A stretch of 64,000 nucleotides of DNA from Octopus vulgaris (lineage: Eukaryota). Location of the stretch: positions 53,072,001 through 53,136,000 of the forward strand of contig OX597818.1 in NCBI GenBank assembly GCA_951406725.2, written 5' to 3'. Within the stretch, counting starts at the first letter, position 1. The number at the start of each line of letters is the position of its first letter. Both the position numbers and the translations under genes were made by a program. This document shows positions 41,107 through 56,049 of this stretch, in pieces. A model generated the notes under the pieces. The model was not told the DNA's origin. It ran no database searches and worked only from the letters and a program-made list of their open reading frames with translations.

Positions 41107-41367
41107 ATATATATATACACACACATATGATATAAAAATTGTATTAAATTACTCAGATGTGCTCAGGAGCTCAGGCAAATTTCTTGTAATATCACGAGAT
41201 GGGAAGTATTCACATATTTGTCTGCACTCTTAACATATGTTTGTTTAAGCTGGGACGACAGACATAATTCATTGTGATATTAAATCTCACGAGTGGAATA
41301 AACAACTGGTGCTCTATTTATTGCGTATAACAACAACAACAACAAAAACAACAAGAACAACAACAAA

Positions 41368-41431
<64 letters not shown>

Positions 41432-41775
41432 GTTTCAAATTTTGGCTCAACACCAACAATTTGGAGGGGAGAAGGTTAAATATAAATACAGTCTGGTATC
41501 CCGCCTCGACTTAACCTTAATAGTGCGTACGTTTTTGCAGTGTTATGTTGATGATGATGATGAAATTTGAGTATCGAAACAACAACAGAGATTTTTTTCT
41601 TCTTTTTATCGCCTGATGAGACATCCACCTCCTGCATTCGAAAACGAAGTACAGGAGCACTTTCAGCGCACAAATGTTTACTCTGAATGTTTTCTTTTCA
41701 TATCTCCTCTGAATGAATTGAAGTACATATCCTTTCACCATGTAATATCTTGTTCATCAATATTGCTCAACGTAG

Positions 41776-42258
41776 GGCGGCGAGCTGGCAGAATCGTTAG
41801 CACGCCGGGCGAAGCGCTTAGCGGTATTTCGTCTGCCGTTACGTTCTGAGTTCAAATTCCGCCGAGATCGACTTTGCCTTTCATTCTTTCGGGTTCGATT
41901 AACTAAGTACCAGTTATGCACTGGGGTCGATGTAATCGACTTAATCCGTTTGTCTGTCCTTGTTTGTCCTCTCTGTGTTTAGCCCCTTTTGTGTAGTAAA
42001 GAAAGAAGTATTTCGTCTACGGTTACGTTCTGAGTTCAAATTTCGCCGAGGTCGACTTTGCCTTTCATCCTTTCGGGTTCTATTAGATAAGTACCAGTTA
42101 TGCACTGGGGTCGTTGTAATCGACTTAATCCGTTTGTCTATCCTTGTTTGTCCCCTCTGTGTTTAGCCCCTTGTGGGTAGTAAAGAAATTGGTATTTCGT
42201 CAGCCGCTACGTTCTGAGTTCAAATTCCGCCGAGGTTGACTTTTCCTTTCATCCTTTC
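41776..42258 (+). mobile_element. SINE family B tandem array
   Basis: Two full units plus a partial third. Confidence 0.85.
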
Positions 42259-42954
42259 TGTTTCAATTCCTCTGCGTGAACACATTAGATAAATATCTCC
42301 TATAATAGCTTCAGGCCACTCAATGCCTCGTCAAAACTATGGAAGCTCGTCATATATGTGTGTATGTGTGTGTGTCTGTGTATGTGTGGGGGGGTGAGTG
42401 GGTGAGTGAGTGAGTGAGTGAGCGAGTGAGTGAGCGAGTGAAGGTCTTTGTGTTTGACCCCACAACGCTTGACACCCGGGGTTAATGTGTTAACGCCTCC
42501 GAAACTTAACATTTTCCAAATGTTCGGTAATTGGTGTGCATTCAAAGCAGTGATCAGTGATTTTACGAAACCGGTATGCTTTTGAATCTCTTTAACAATT
42601 CACAATAATGACTTTTATTACTTTTATTCCTACCTCAGTTCATCTCATTGTATATATCTATCGTTACTTTTCATAAAAAGCCTTTACTTTTTTTGATTTC
42701 CAACGTGCAATTTCGCTTATTTTTCTTCTTACTTTCCCCAGCTCCGCTAGAAACGCTAAATCCTCCTTCTTCCTTTCCTTTCCTGAGCGTCCAATAACAC
42801 TATACTTGTTCCACGTCCTGTATTTTCTCTATGTTCATGTTTGGATTAACTATATATATATATATACATAATACTCAGAACGTAACAGCAGACGACACAT
42901 GTATATATTATTGTGTCTGAAGAGAGTCATTCTGTTAAAATGCCTTATTAATTC

Positions 42955-43169
42955 GTTTCTACTCAAGGCACAAGGCCCAGAATTTTTGGGGAAGGGGACC
43001 AGTCGATTAGATCGACCCCAGTACTCATCTGGTACTTAATTTATCGACCCTGAAAGGATGAAAGGCAAAGTCGACCACGGCGGAATTTGAACTCAGAACC
43101 TAATGGCAGACGAAAAACGGCTACGCATTTCGCCCGGCGTGCTATCGTTTCTGCCAGCTCACTGCCTTA
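42955..43169 (-). mobile_element. SINE family B monomer, alternative tail
   Basis: Tail CCCCAAAAATT..GGGCCTTGTGCC..GAGTAGAAA. Confidence 0.85.
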
Positions 43170-43468
43170 AGTACCTTATTAATTAACACACTCAACGGTT
43201 CGATTTCCACTTATTTATTAATTTTTTCTAAAATTTTTGTTGCTTCTTGTAATCTCTTCAATAGTCGTTGATTCTGTATATATATATATATATATTCACG
43301 CGCGCGCACACATTGTTTGGGCATTCATTTATTTATTTTGTCTTTCGTAATATCAAACCGTCTGAAGAACATATGTATAGATGCGTGAGTGTGTGTGAGC
43401 GTGTATCTCTGCATTTTATGGATTATTGTGCACGTGTATATATGTGTATATATACAGACATGTAGGTT

Positions 43469-43839
<371 letters not shown>

Positions 43840-44039
43840 TTTATTCCCACATGCACACGCATAGACACATAGACCGAAATCAGAGCGATAGGAGAGCAGT
43901 ATATAAGGAAGATATAGGAAGCAGCAACAGTGGAGAAAGAGTAAGAGGAGGAAGTGAGGGGGGGAAATTAAATTGAATGAACAATGATCGAAAGAGAGGG
44001 TAAGTGCAAGAGGGAGAAATGAATGAAAGAGAGAGAGAA

Positions 44040-44071
<32 letters not shown>

Positions 44072-44214
44072 ATGAGAGGAGTGAGAGGAGAGATGGTGCT
44101 AGGGGTGAAAGAAAGCGTCAGATATGATTAAGGGAAGATGAGTTGAGGGTCATGTCAGCATGACACGTAACAAAGTGCAAAGGAATCTGATACACACGGA
44201 TAGAGATAAATGCT

Positions 44215-44215
44215 T

Positions 44216-44248
<33 letters not shown>

Positions 44249-44466
44249 TACATACATACACACACACATACATGTGCACACACAAACATACATATATACA
44301 TACACACATGCATGCTTGCATATATGCATTAAAACGCGTTATACAGACACAGACATGCACGTACAAGTATATGTTCATACATACATACATATACACACAT
44401 ATATATATATAAATGATGTATGTATATGTTCCTATATATATACATATATATACATACATACACATA

Positions 44467-44542
<76 letters not shown>

Positions 44543-44563
44543 TACAGATATATAATATATATG

Positions 44564-44615
<52 letters not shown>

Positions 44616-44760
44616 GTTATAAATACATTTATATGCATATATACGTGTGAGATCATGAGCTTCAGTGTGTATGCGTGTGCATGCGTGTGTGTCCTTGTAA
44701 GATGTATATATATATATATATACATACGTTCATATATATATGTATATATATCTACATGTT

Positions 44761-44807
<47 letters not shown>

Positions 44808-45195
44808 ATGTATATATGTGTGTATATATGTGTGTATATATACTTGTATATATAGGTATATATATATATATATATATAGATATATATAAACACGCACACA
44901 TATATACACGCACATGTCTATAGCTATACATATGCATATAATATATAAACATATGTATATATAATATATATACACATGTGCATCTACATGCATACAATAT
45001 ATATGTATATATACACGTATGTATGCGTGTATATATATATATGTGTGTGTGTATGTATGTGTTTATGTGTATGTATTTATGTGTGTGTGCATGTACTTGC
45101 GTGTAAGTATGTGTATGTGTGTATGTATGTATGTATGTATGTATGTATGTATGTATGTATGTTTGTATATATGAGTGTATGTACGTGTGTGCGTC
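44215..45195. repeat. Compound purine-pyrimidine alternating microsatellite region
   Basis: (CA)n, (TA)n, (TG)n, (TATG)n. Confidence 0.93.
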
Positions 45196-45330
45196 TGCCA
45201 TATGACATGTTGCACAACTGTGCACTTTAGCCAAAATGATGAAGTCAGCAAAGCTGTTTAGCTTCTTCGACACCGAAGCAGGTGAAAAACAGCTTGGGAT
45301 ACAGAGAGAGAGAGAGAGAGAGAGACAGAG

Positions 45331-45370
<40 letters not shown>

Positions 45371-45695
45371 GCGGGTAGTAGGGGGAGAAGAGAAAGGTGA
45401 CTGTGACACATCTCTAAGTGTCAAGAATACTTTAAGCAAAACTGGACATCGGCTCTAACAACCCCACCCCACCCTGCGCGCGCTCACACACACACACACA
45501 CACACGCGCACGCGCACCTGCCTTCTTTTGCACTTACCCATTCACGTGTGTGCCAAACATACGCAGAATTAAACCACACACACGTGTATATATATTTGTA
45601 TATGTATTTATATGTGTGCATGTGTGCCTGTATGTATATGTATATATATATATGTAGGTATGTATGTATGAATGTATGTATGTGTGTGTGTCCCC

Positions 45696-45790
<95 letters not shown>

Positions 45791-45963
45791 TGTTGGATTT
45801 TTCTCATAAAGTATTGGAATCTTACATATATACCATTCTGCCTAAAAAATGGATCTACAACTTCAATATCCCTACATATCTTGCATCTATTTTCTTTCCT
45901 CCACCTCACTCTCTATTTTGGATCCTATCTAAATTAATTATTTCTTAACCATCCTCTCACACC

Positions 45964-46015
45964 GTCTTCCATGAAGGGATATAATTAATAAATATCCTGG
46001 AAACAGCTGTAAGAC
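45964..46015 (+). ncRNA. Decayed hammerhead motif
   Basis: GTCT/AGAC stem I; core degraded to TCCATGA; GGGATAT/ATATCCT stem II; GAAA; palindrome ACAGCTGT; GUA. Confidence 0.55.
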
Positions 46016-46080
46016 CTTCTATCTATAAATGTTCTAATATCTACACAGCCTTGGATTTTTATCTCATTACGCAAAAAGTT

Positions 46081-46126
<46 letters not shown>

Positions 46127-46266
46127 TAACATACACATTCTAACACAAACACTTACCAAACATAGACATACACAGGGATATATGCATGCGCAGATAATAA
46201 TACATACAACAGGAACACAAAAAGGCAGATCGTTAGGAAGGAGCGACACAAAAATAAACCAAAGAA

Positions 46267-46306
46267 CCACTGATGAGGTCACAGAAGTGTGACGAAAGAA
46301 CTATGG
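46267..46306 (+). ncRNA. Minimal type-I hammerhead ribozyme
   Basis: CCA/TGG stem I; CTGATGA 46270-76; GTCACA-GAAG-TGTGAC stem II; GAAA; AGAACT (near-palindrome); CUA site. Confidence 0.7.
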
Positions 46307-46320
46307 GGCGATGGGTAAAT

Positions 46321-46370
<50 letters not shown>

Positions 46371-46455
46371 TACCCTACATCTCCACATGTGGTGCTGTTA
46401 AGTTAGACATAGCCTAGATCAATATCTGGTCGAAACATATCTAAGTTTTATCTAT

Positions 46456-46583
<128 letters not shown>

Positions 46584-46622
46584 AAATTATCAATATATTA
46601 AATATCTTTCAATATTATATTA

Positions 46623-46682
<60 letters not shown>

Positions 46683-47165
46683 GAAGTGTATATTTACACG
46701 CACATACACTACACTCACACTCATATCGATAAATAGATAGAGAGAGAGAGGGAGAGACGGAGTGTGTGTATGTGTGTGTGTGTGTGTGTATGTGTGTGTG
46801 TGTGTATTTATGAACAGGTGTGATCCGGAGATTCTCAACTTAGAAAACAGTAATGGATTGTTTCAAAAACGGAATTTGACATTCTGCTGTCTACGACACC
46901 AGATAAACCAACCTCACAGTAGGAAGTACAGACAACAGCAGCTGTGTCAATCTCTCTCTCATGCGTTAAAGACCGAATAATTCAACAAACAGGGAAAACG
47001 TCAAAAACAGAAGAAAAAAACTCAAACAAGAACGATGACACGAAATCCTACCAACCCAGTTGGAGGTGGGGGGAGGGCTGAGGAAAGAATGAAAATTCAC
47101 ATTAGAACAGTATGGCCGCCACCGTGTCAATGAAGCCTATAAAAGAATATACATGTATATGTGAT

Positions 47166-47580
47166 GGCGGCGAGCTGGCAGAATCGTTAGCATGCCGGGC
47201 GAAATGCTTTGCGGTATTTCGTCTGCCGCTACGTTCTGAGTTCAAATTCCGCCGAGGTCGACTTTGCCTTTCACCCTTTCGGGGTCGTTAAATAAAGTAC
47301 CAGTTACGCACTGGGGTCAATATAATCGGCTTAATCCGTTTGTCTGTCCTTGTTTGTCCTCTCTGTGTTTAGCCCCTTGTGGGTAATAAAGAAATAGGTA
47401 TTTCGTCTGCCGTTACGTTCTGAGTTCAAATTCCGTCGAGGTCGACTTTGCCTTTCATCCTTTCGGGGTCGATAAATAAAGTACCAGTTTCGCATTGGGG
47501 TCGATGTAATCGGCTTAATCCGTTTGTCTGTCCTTGTTTGTCCTCTCTGTGTTTAGCCCCTTGTGGGTAGTAAAGAAATA
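47166..47580 (+). mobile_element. SINE family B dimer
   Basis: Head plus two body-tail units. Confidence 0.88.
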
Positions 47581-47823
47581 TATACATGTATATGTGAATG
47601 TGTGTGTGTGTTTGTGTGTGTGTGTTCCTTTATTCTTTTACTTGTTTTAGTCGTTTTTTTCACTGCGCCCATGCAGGAGCACCGCGTTTAGTCGAAGAAA
47701 TTGACCCCACAGGACTTATTCTTTGTAAGCCTAGTACTTACCATATCAGCATCGGTTGTCAAGTAATAGTGGATGCCAAACACAGACGCACAAATATATA
47801 CATACAAACACACACACACACAC

Positions 47824-48042
<219 letters not shown>

Positions 48043-48809
48043 TACAATTATTTTAGGTGAATGGCTTGTGAGCTGAAACTAAATAAAATAAAAAAATAAA
48101 TATATATATATATATTAGTGTTGGGTGTAGTGTACAGTTATTAAATATTGAGAAAAAAGGTCGCCAGCATTTTGGGAAAAAAACCTTTTTATTTACTCAT
48201 TCTGTAAAGTATGATCCTTTATTAAACTGACGTTCTGAAACGTTTTTATTCAGCCATAAAATATTTTAAACTTAAAGTTCTTCAAACCGATCCCCTTTCC
48301 TACTTCCCTTAATAAACACACCTCCCCTAATGCTAATTTCATGTACTTTTTGTACATATTCTCTTCAAGTATATATATGTGTGTATATACATATATACAT
48401 GTGTGTATATGTGTGTGTTTATGTGAGTGCGCAAAGGGGGAGGGAGAGAGAGAGTAAAAGAGAGAGAGAGAGAGAGCATCAAACGAAGGGGTTTCTTCGC
48501 AGTCGATCGATCAACTAGAAATAGTTGCTAAATCCCTTGTAAATCATAGCCCGCTGCGAAAAAGATATAGCAGTGCTCTGCTTTTGAGGCCATAATTTAA
48601 TTTGTGAAGTAATATAAAGTAAATGAGTTTTTGAGACGGTGACCTGAATAACCTACCAGACTGTACCCGCGATCGTTAACACGAACCGAAGATTAAGAGC
48701 CTGCTGAGGGTCTGACGTAACTTAGACGTCACTTAATCATAATAAAACGACTGATCCATGCACCCTTGCTTTTTAGAGCTTCGTAAGCAAGGATAATCCA
48801 TGGGGTGAG

Positions 48810-49501
48810 CATGGGCCCGGGAACAGAGGGTGCATGGGGTGCGCTTGCACCCCCTAAAATTTTTGTGGTGTGCAAAATCGAAAGTTTGCACCCCTACTTA
48901 CTCTTCTTAGATTTAGAAAACGGTGAGTAAAAGGCGATCTGTAAAAAGTACTTTGGATTAGGTTTCTTCTCAAAGAACAAGGAACATAAATAAATAAAAC
49001 AAAAAACATGACCTTTACTCTTTTACTCTTTTACTTGTTTCAGTCATTTGACTGCGGCCATGCTGGAGCACCGCCTTTAGTCGAGCAAATCGACCCCGGG
49101 CCTTATTCTTTGTAAGCCCAGTACTTATTCTATCGGTCTCTTTTGCCGAACCGCTAAGTGACGGGGACGTAAACACACCAGCATCGGTTGTCAAGCAATG
49201 CTAGGGGGACAAACACAGACACACAAACACACACATACATACATATATTTATATATATATACGACAGGCTTCTTTCAGTTTCCGTCTACCAAATCCACTC
49301 ACAAGGCATTGGTCGGCCGGCCCGAGGCTATAAGCAGAAGACACTTGCCCAAGATGCCACGCAGTGGGACTGAACCCGGAACCATGTGGTTGGTTAGCAA
49401 GCTACTTACCACACAGCCACTCCTGCGCCTAAAAGCTTGTTTGTAAAAATTTATGGGTCTGGGTTTGCACCCCCTAACCAAATTTCATTCCCGAGCCAGT
49501 G
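48810..49501. mobile_element. hAT-like MITE interrupted by a SINE
   Basis: Imperfect TIRs CATGGGCCCGGGAA / TTCCCGAGCCAGTG; exact 8-bp TSD GGGGTGAG; internal GCACCCC repeats; partial copy at ~32817-33059. Confidence 0.8.
49013..49430 (-). mobile_element. SINE family A nested in hAT-like MITE
   Basis: Full copy. Confidence 0.9.
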
Positions 49502-49768
49502 GGGGTGAGAATAGTTTATCTTTTACTGGTTTCAGCTAGGAGTTGTGGCCATGCTGGAGCAGTGCCATTAGAGTGAGTATTCGCTTATTTCAAGCTCACT
49601 TCCCGACCGACCCTCTCTCTCTGGATTTGGTTCTAGTAAAGCGATAATTTGGATAAAGCTGCCGTTCTCCGCGATTCTTACCGTGATGTGGGCTTATCTG
49701 GCATCCCAGCTAAAACTCTGTCTAGATGTTCTTTGAATACATCCACATCTACGCCTCCTAGTTGTATA

Positions 49769-50134
49769 TCTCTCTATATATATAAACGGCAAACTGTCTG
49801 TGTGTGTGTCCTTTATACAAATCCACAATTTTTCAGTTAGAGGGCTCGCACTTTCTATGGTCATTCAAAACCGTCCAAGGGTGGTCGTGTACATCTTTAC
49901 ATTTCCCCAGTCACCACGCAAAGCCATTAAAAATCAATAGAAATGATTTTTTTAATGAATTTTCTATCCAAAACCCAATCAAAATGCCCGAAACGTGACA
50001 TGCCAATTGAATGCCAGCTAGCTGTATGTGACTGGTCGGAGATTTGGACAGTACTCGCGTGTATGTGCGCACGTACGCAGCTGTATATGCATGCACTAGC
50101 ACTATGACCCGGCAACGCCGGGTCATAGTGCTAG
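49769..50134 (+). mobile_element. Non-autonomous Helitron
   Basis: A|TC..TATATATATAAA start; CCCGGCAACGCCGGG hairpin; CTAG|T end. Confidence 0.75.
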
Positions 50135-50511
50135 TATATAATATACGACTTCTTTTATTTGTTGTACTTCTTTCTAGGAGGGAGCTGGTTTCTTACAAAC
50201 AACCACAGCAATGATTGTTACATATAGAACTTGAGAAAAATCTTGCATATTTTTCCTGTTCCACTTATAGATTGTATCCATAAAATGCATAATCGATGGT
50301 CTCATTACCTGCCTGAAAAATAATAGCGTCTTCATATTGTTACTTAAGCATTTACGACCACAACGAAGGGCACAAATGATTAACGACATAAATGTGAATT
50401 TATAATCAGGGTACAGGTTTTGGGGGCAAGACGTTGAAAAACTGTGGGCCCTTGACTCCTTCCTCAGTTGTCTTCTCTTCAATTCTCTTAACTGCAACTT
50501 AAAACTGATAC

Positions 50512-50736
50512 TCTTTTTTACTCTTTTACTTGTTTCAGTTATTTGAGTGTGGCCGTGCTGGAGCACCGCCTTTAGACGAGCAAATCGACCCCAGGACTTA
50601 TTCTTTGTAAGCCTAGTACTTATTGTATTGGTCTCTTTTGCCGAACCGCTAAGTTACGAGGACGTAAACACACCAGCATCGGTTGTCAAGCGATGTTGGA
50701 GGGACAACACAGACACACAAACACGCACACACAAAA

Positions 50737-50815
<79 letters not shown>

Positions 50816-50868
50816 TATGTATATATATATATATTTATATATGTATACATATATATTTATATATATAT

Positions 50869-50939
<71 letters not shown>

Positions 50940-51098
50940 CGACGGGATTCTTTCAGTTTCCGTTTACCAAATCCACTCACAAGGCTTTGGTCGGCCCGAG
51001 ACTATAGTAGTTAAGACACTTGCCCAAGGTGTCACGCAGAGGAAATGAACCCGGAACCATGTGGTTGGTAAGCGAGCTACTTCCCACACAGCCACTCT
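50512..51098 (-). mobile_element. SINE family A
   Basis: Full copy with expanded internal microsatellite. Confidence 0.88.
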
Positions 51099-51289
51099 TG
51101 TCAAAGAAGAATCCTCCAATAAGCTGAACTGAGATAGCTTATTGTTGTCTTTTAGACAACCATTTCTGGAAAGAGTTTGGCGCGTTTTTGAATAGTAACT
51201 ACTGAAAATGCTTCCGACCATCTGCATCTTATCTATATAGAAATCCAAGACAAAACTCAGTTAATACTGTTTAAATTCTTTATCGCTTA

Positions 51290-51716
51290 TTTACTCTTTT
51301 ACTCTTTTACTGTTTCAGTCATTTGACTGCAGCCATGCTGGAGCACCGCCTTTAATCGAGCAAATCGACCCCGGGACTTATTCTTTTGTAAGCCCAGTAC
51401 TTATTCTATCGGTCTCTTTTGCCGAACCGCTAAGTAACAGGGACGTAAACACACCAGCATCGGTTGTCAAGCAATGCCAGGGGGACAAACACAGACACAC
51501 AAACATATACACACACTTATATATATATATATATATATATATACAATATATACGACAGGCTTCTTTCAGTTTCCGTCTACCAAATCCACTCACAAGGCAT
51601 TGGACGGCCTGGGGCTATAGTAGAAGACACTTGCCCAAGGTGCCACGCAGTGGGACTGAACCCGGAACCATGTGGTTGGTAAACAAGCTACTTACCACAC
51701 AGCCACTTCTGCGCCT
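51290..51716 (-). mobile_element. SINE family A
   Basis: Full copy. Confidence 0.9.
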
Positions 51717-52402
51717 ATTTTGTCGCTTATTTATTTTTTTAAGTTTTGGTTTTGTTTTATTTTCATCGTTTACAACCATCTTCAAACTTTCCGCCCGACC
51801 CACTCCTTAAACGACAAACTCGATTCTACCTATGGCTGAAAAATTGCCATTTTCACTTCGTTTTGTTTACTTTCTACTTTCCCAACCGTAAAGTACTCGA
51901 GACTTTCCACCAACGGTTATTATATTACATCATCTCCGCTCCTCTTTTGCAAAATATAAATAAGACGAGAAACAAACAGCTGTACAGCTAATTCTCATAT
52001 GCTTCTCGAACCCCGGAGGTTTCTCAGTTTATTATTTTATCACAAATCAGTTTCAGTTTTTATCTTGAAGTAAAAATAAATTACAAAAATAAGGTATATT
52101 CGCAAAGCAGAAACTGATATCGTAGTTTGTTATGCTTCAGTTCCTTTGGACATCGCTGTCAGGTTCGACAATTTCCCGGTTTCTTCCACACCCTGTTCTT
52201 TAATTCTCTCTCCACCATCTCATCAATCCCACACACTCACTGTGTATATGTGTGTGTGTGGGGGGGCATCTTGCATGTGTGCACGTATCCCTGTATTTCT
52301 TTCACACACACTCTCTCTCTCTCTACGCATACACATATACATATATATACACACACAAACATGCACACACACATTCACACACTCATATATATATATACAT
52401 AC

Positions 52403-52460
<58 letters not shown>

Positions 52461-52524
52461 TTATATATACATATATATATAGTTATATATACATATATAT
52501 ATAAATATATACATATATATATAC

Positions 52525-52587
<63 letters not shown>

Positions 52588-52674
52588 CATACTTATATAT
52601 ATATATACATACTTATATATACATATATATATACACACACATATATATATATATATATACAAACTTATATATAC

Positions 52675-52707
<33 letters not shown>

Positions 52708-52717
52708 CATATATATC

Positions 52718-52759
<42 letters not shown>

Positions 52760-53124
52760 AAAGAAGACAAGAGGAGTTTAAAGTTTAACGCAGCTGTCGT
52801 AAGGTTTAAGCCCCACTTGTGTTCTTTTAATACATACGCCACACCTGGAACCAATCCTAAATCGGATCTACGGTTTATATTTTATTTCGTATCTATGTAC
52901 ATATGTGTGTGAGTGTGTGTGTGTGCGTGTGCGTGTGTGTGTGTTTGTGCGTATACACACATACACAACATACCTGCAAGATGCTACCTACAAATGACAC
53001 ATAATGGTTGTTTTACCATAGTGTCAGCTCAGTGTTATGGTACCCAGCTAGTCCTCGCGTCGTCTTGGTGATATGCCAAGATTTTAATGAATCGAATAAC
53101 CAACACACACACACAAATATATAT

Positions 53125-53545
53125 TTGCTTATCAGCATATGGTTTCGGGTTCAGTCCCACTGCGTGGCACCTTGTGAGTGGATGCGGTAGATGGAAACTA
53201 AAAGAGGCCCGTCGTATATGTATATATGTGTTCTTTAGAAAAAATATATGTACATAATTAGGATAAAGTACCATAATGGTTAAATTATATTAAAATTACA
53301 ATAAGCCCGTCGTACATATATATATGTATGTATTTACGTATGTTAGTATGTATGTATGAAGGTAGGTAGGTAGGTATATGTTGGCGTGTTTACGTCCTCG
53401 TAACATAGAAGTTCGGTGAAAGAGACCGACAGAATAAGTACTAGGCTTACAAAGAATAAGTCCTGAGATTGATTGGTTTGACTGAAGGTGGTGCTCCAGC
53501 ATGGCCACGGTCAAATGACTGAAACAAGTAAAAGAATAAAAGAAA
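53125..53545 (+). mobile_element. SINE family A pieces
   Basis: Deleted head plus tail. Confidence 0.7.
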
Positions 53546-53569
53546 AAAGATTTATCATTTATTATTAAT

Positions 53570-54425
53570 AAATGATAAATCGATCATTGAAAGAATAAGG
53601 AAGAAAATTAGTGAATTTTTCAAGGATTTCAACTTAGGCATCACTTATGAATATAACACTAAGATAGTTAACTTTGTAGATGCTACTTTAGATTTAAACT
53701 CGAAATTATATTACCCATATAGAAATATTGGCTAAATTACCAGATACGTAAATATATTATCAAATCACCCCACTAATATACTGAAATCGATAGTTAAAAG
53801 TATTTCGAGAAGAATAACAAAACTATTGTCTAACATGAAATTTTTCATTCTCACTCACATCATTACAATGTTGCCTTATCTAGAGCAGGATATAACCAGG
53901 AAATCACCTTCCTAGATCTTGATAATATAAATCTTTAAAATGAGAAATTGAATAAAAATAGCTTAAATAATATAGAATCTTCAACTTTAAAAAAATATAG
54001 ATCAACCAAAACAGATAACCTAGCATATAAACCTGATGCAATAAATGGAAATGGTAAACAGGACATAAATAAGTATAAAAAATTTAAGTTGAATAAAATA
54101 AATACAAACAATAATATAAACATCTCTCCTACTGATAAAAAACCTTAACAATCATTTATCTAGTTTTAGACTTAAACATAGTTGCACAACGCTGTCTAGT
54201 AAAATTTGGGAATTGAAAGGAAAAAATATCGAGTTTAACCTAAAATGGGATATAATAAGAAAGGTACAGCTTTATAAAAATAGTAGAAATGGATGTGAAC
54301 TTTGTTCTATAGAGACATATGAAATTTTGAAACAAAGGAATAATATAAACTTATTGAATGACCGTTTTGATCTAGGAGTATCCTGCATACATTGTGCCAC
54401 CCGTACTTTTAAGTATTTTAAATAA
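53570..54425 (+). pseudogene. Decayed Penelope-like retroelement ORF (RT thumb and GIY-YIG C-terminal region, Naiad-like)
   Basis: Broken frames read KIVNFVDATLDLN..YYPYR, YVNILSNHPTNILKSIVKSISRRI and TTLSSKIWELK..LKWDII..CELCSIETYEI..LLNDR..CIH, typical PLE motifs. Internal deletion and frameshifts. Confidence 0.7.
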
Positions 54426-55055
54426 TAGCATTCTGACTATCCCTAAATTTTCAAATCTTAATGTTTTGTAACCAAATAAGGAAATAATATACCATACTAG
54501 GTTTTATTTAACCTGCATAGATTATTAAGAAATTTAATATTATAAATAAATTGAATAAAGTGAAATAAAATATTTTAAAACTTTTCTATAAGGGATTGCA
54601 TAAATTCCATATATCTAGTGAAATTATAAAGTTCATCTTGATTACCTCCCTTCCATTACATTTTAAAATATCTTAAAGGCTCTTGATATATGTGCTAATT
54701 GATAAGTTTTTTTTTACAGGAAATAAATAATATGTCTAGCATATTCCTTTGATTTAACTCATTAATACAAATAAATTACTATTTACTAACTAATTATAAA
54801 TCTCTATTAATAATAATCTGATATATATATTTTTATAAGTTTTATCGATCTCCTTATCATCATCAAAAGATCTAATGCAGTTAGTATACTACGTCCACTA
54901 AGAATTACAACTGGGAGTTGATAGTTATATATGTACATATACTTATAGCACGCGCGTATAAGTACAATAAGCAATCAAAAACATTACACAAATGAACTAG
55001 AGGGACAAAGTTTAACAAATACAGTATCAGATTTACGCTTTAATGAAATGAGGTG

Positions 55056-55090
55056 CCCTAATGTTTCGGACTTTAGTCCTTTATCATAAG
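55056..55090 (-). ncRNA. Decayed hammerhead motif
   Basis: Minus strand: ATGATAA-A-GGAC-TAAA-GTCC-GAAA-CAT-TA. Confidence 0.4.
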
Positions 55091-55201
55091 AAAGAGGAAA
55101 ACATAAAGAGCGTAAGAAAGAAGAATAGTGAGAGAGAAAAATACATATGTATATAAATGCGTATATGCATGCATACATACATACATACATACATACATAC
55201 A

Positions 55202-55276
<75 letters not shown>

Positions 55277-55278
<2 letters not shown>

Positions 55279-55484
55279 CCATGTTGATTCGCTAGCTTCT
55301 GCAGGCATTTTTTTCTCTCCTTGTTTCTCTCCGTGTTTCTTTTCTGTGTATCTTTCTGTTGAAGAGCGTAGGCTCGAAACGTAAAGGACTTGTTTTATTT
55401 ATATTCCTGAGCGCCATACTAATACAATTGTTTGTTTGTATTCCACATGTCTTCGTCTTTTGTTTATTTTCATAAAGCTTCCCG

Positions 55485-55487
<3 letters not shown>
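55277..55487 (+). mobile_element. Cassette family B copy
   Basis: TCTTT-CTGTTGA-A-GAGC-GTAG-GCTC-GAAACGTA-AAGGA at 55351-88; both ends in (TA)n. Confidence 0.7.
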
Positions 55488-55549
<62 letters not shown>

Positions 55550-55726
55550 CTCATTCGGCAGTACTATTAGTGACTCACGTGGTAGAAAAAAGTTTGGAGG
55601 GAAATACGAATTCACTTGTCTATATAAATGTGCATATGCTGATTAGCTTTTATATGTTCCGATGACGCTTGGTCGGAAATATGGAGGGTAAGATTTCCTA
55701 GCATTTCTAGATTTATTTACCGGAAT

Positions 55727-55785
55727 ATTATGTTGATAAAGGAAATGAATCTTATGATTCTAATCCAGAAACGTACGTCCATAAT
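55727..55785 (+). ncRNA. Hammerhead ribozyme motif with U3-A8 core variant
   Basis: Stem I ATTATG/CATAAT; core TTGATAA; stem II GGA..GAATC-TTAT-GATTC..TCC; GAAA 55768-71; palindrome ACGTACGT; GUC site. Confidence 0.7.
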
Positions 55786-55962
55786 TAACCAAGGACTGTT
55801 TGATTTAATTATTTTTCTTCTTTTTTTTGCCGTATGTAAGTTGCAAATATTGTTGTCTGTGGAGACATATTTTTGTAGAAAAAGGAAATAGTAGTCCTTT
55901 GGCTGCTATTTCTAAAATTTTGGGTATGTGGTCATGCAACTTGTTGCAAACCTTTATTGTTA

Positions 55963-56024
<62 letters not shown>

Positions 56025-56049
56025 ATAGTCGGAAAGTGGAATTCACAAT

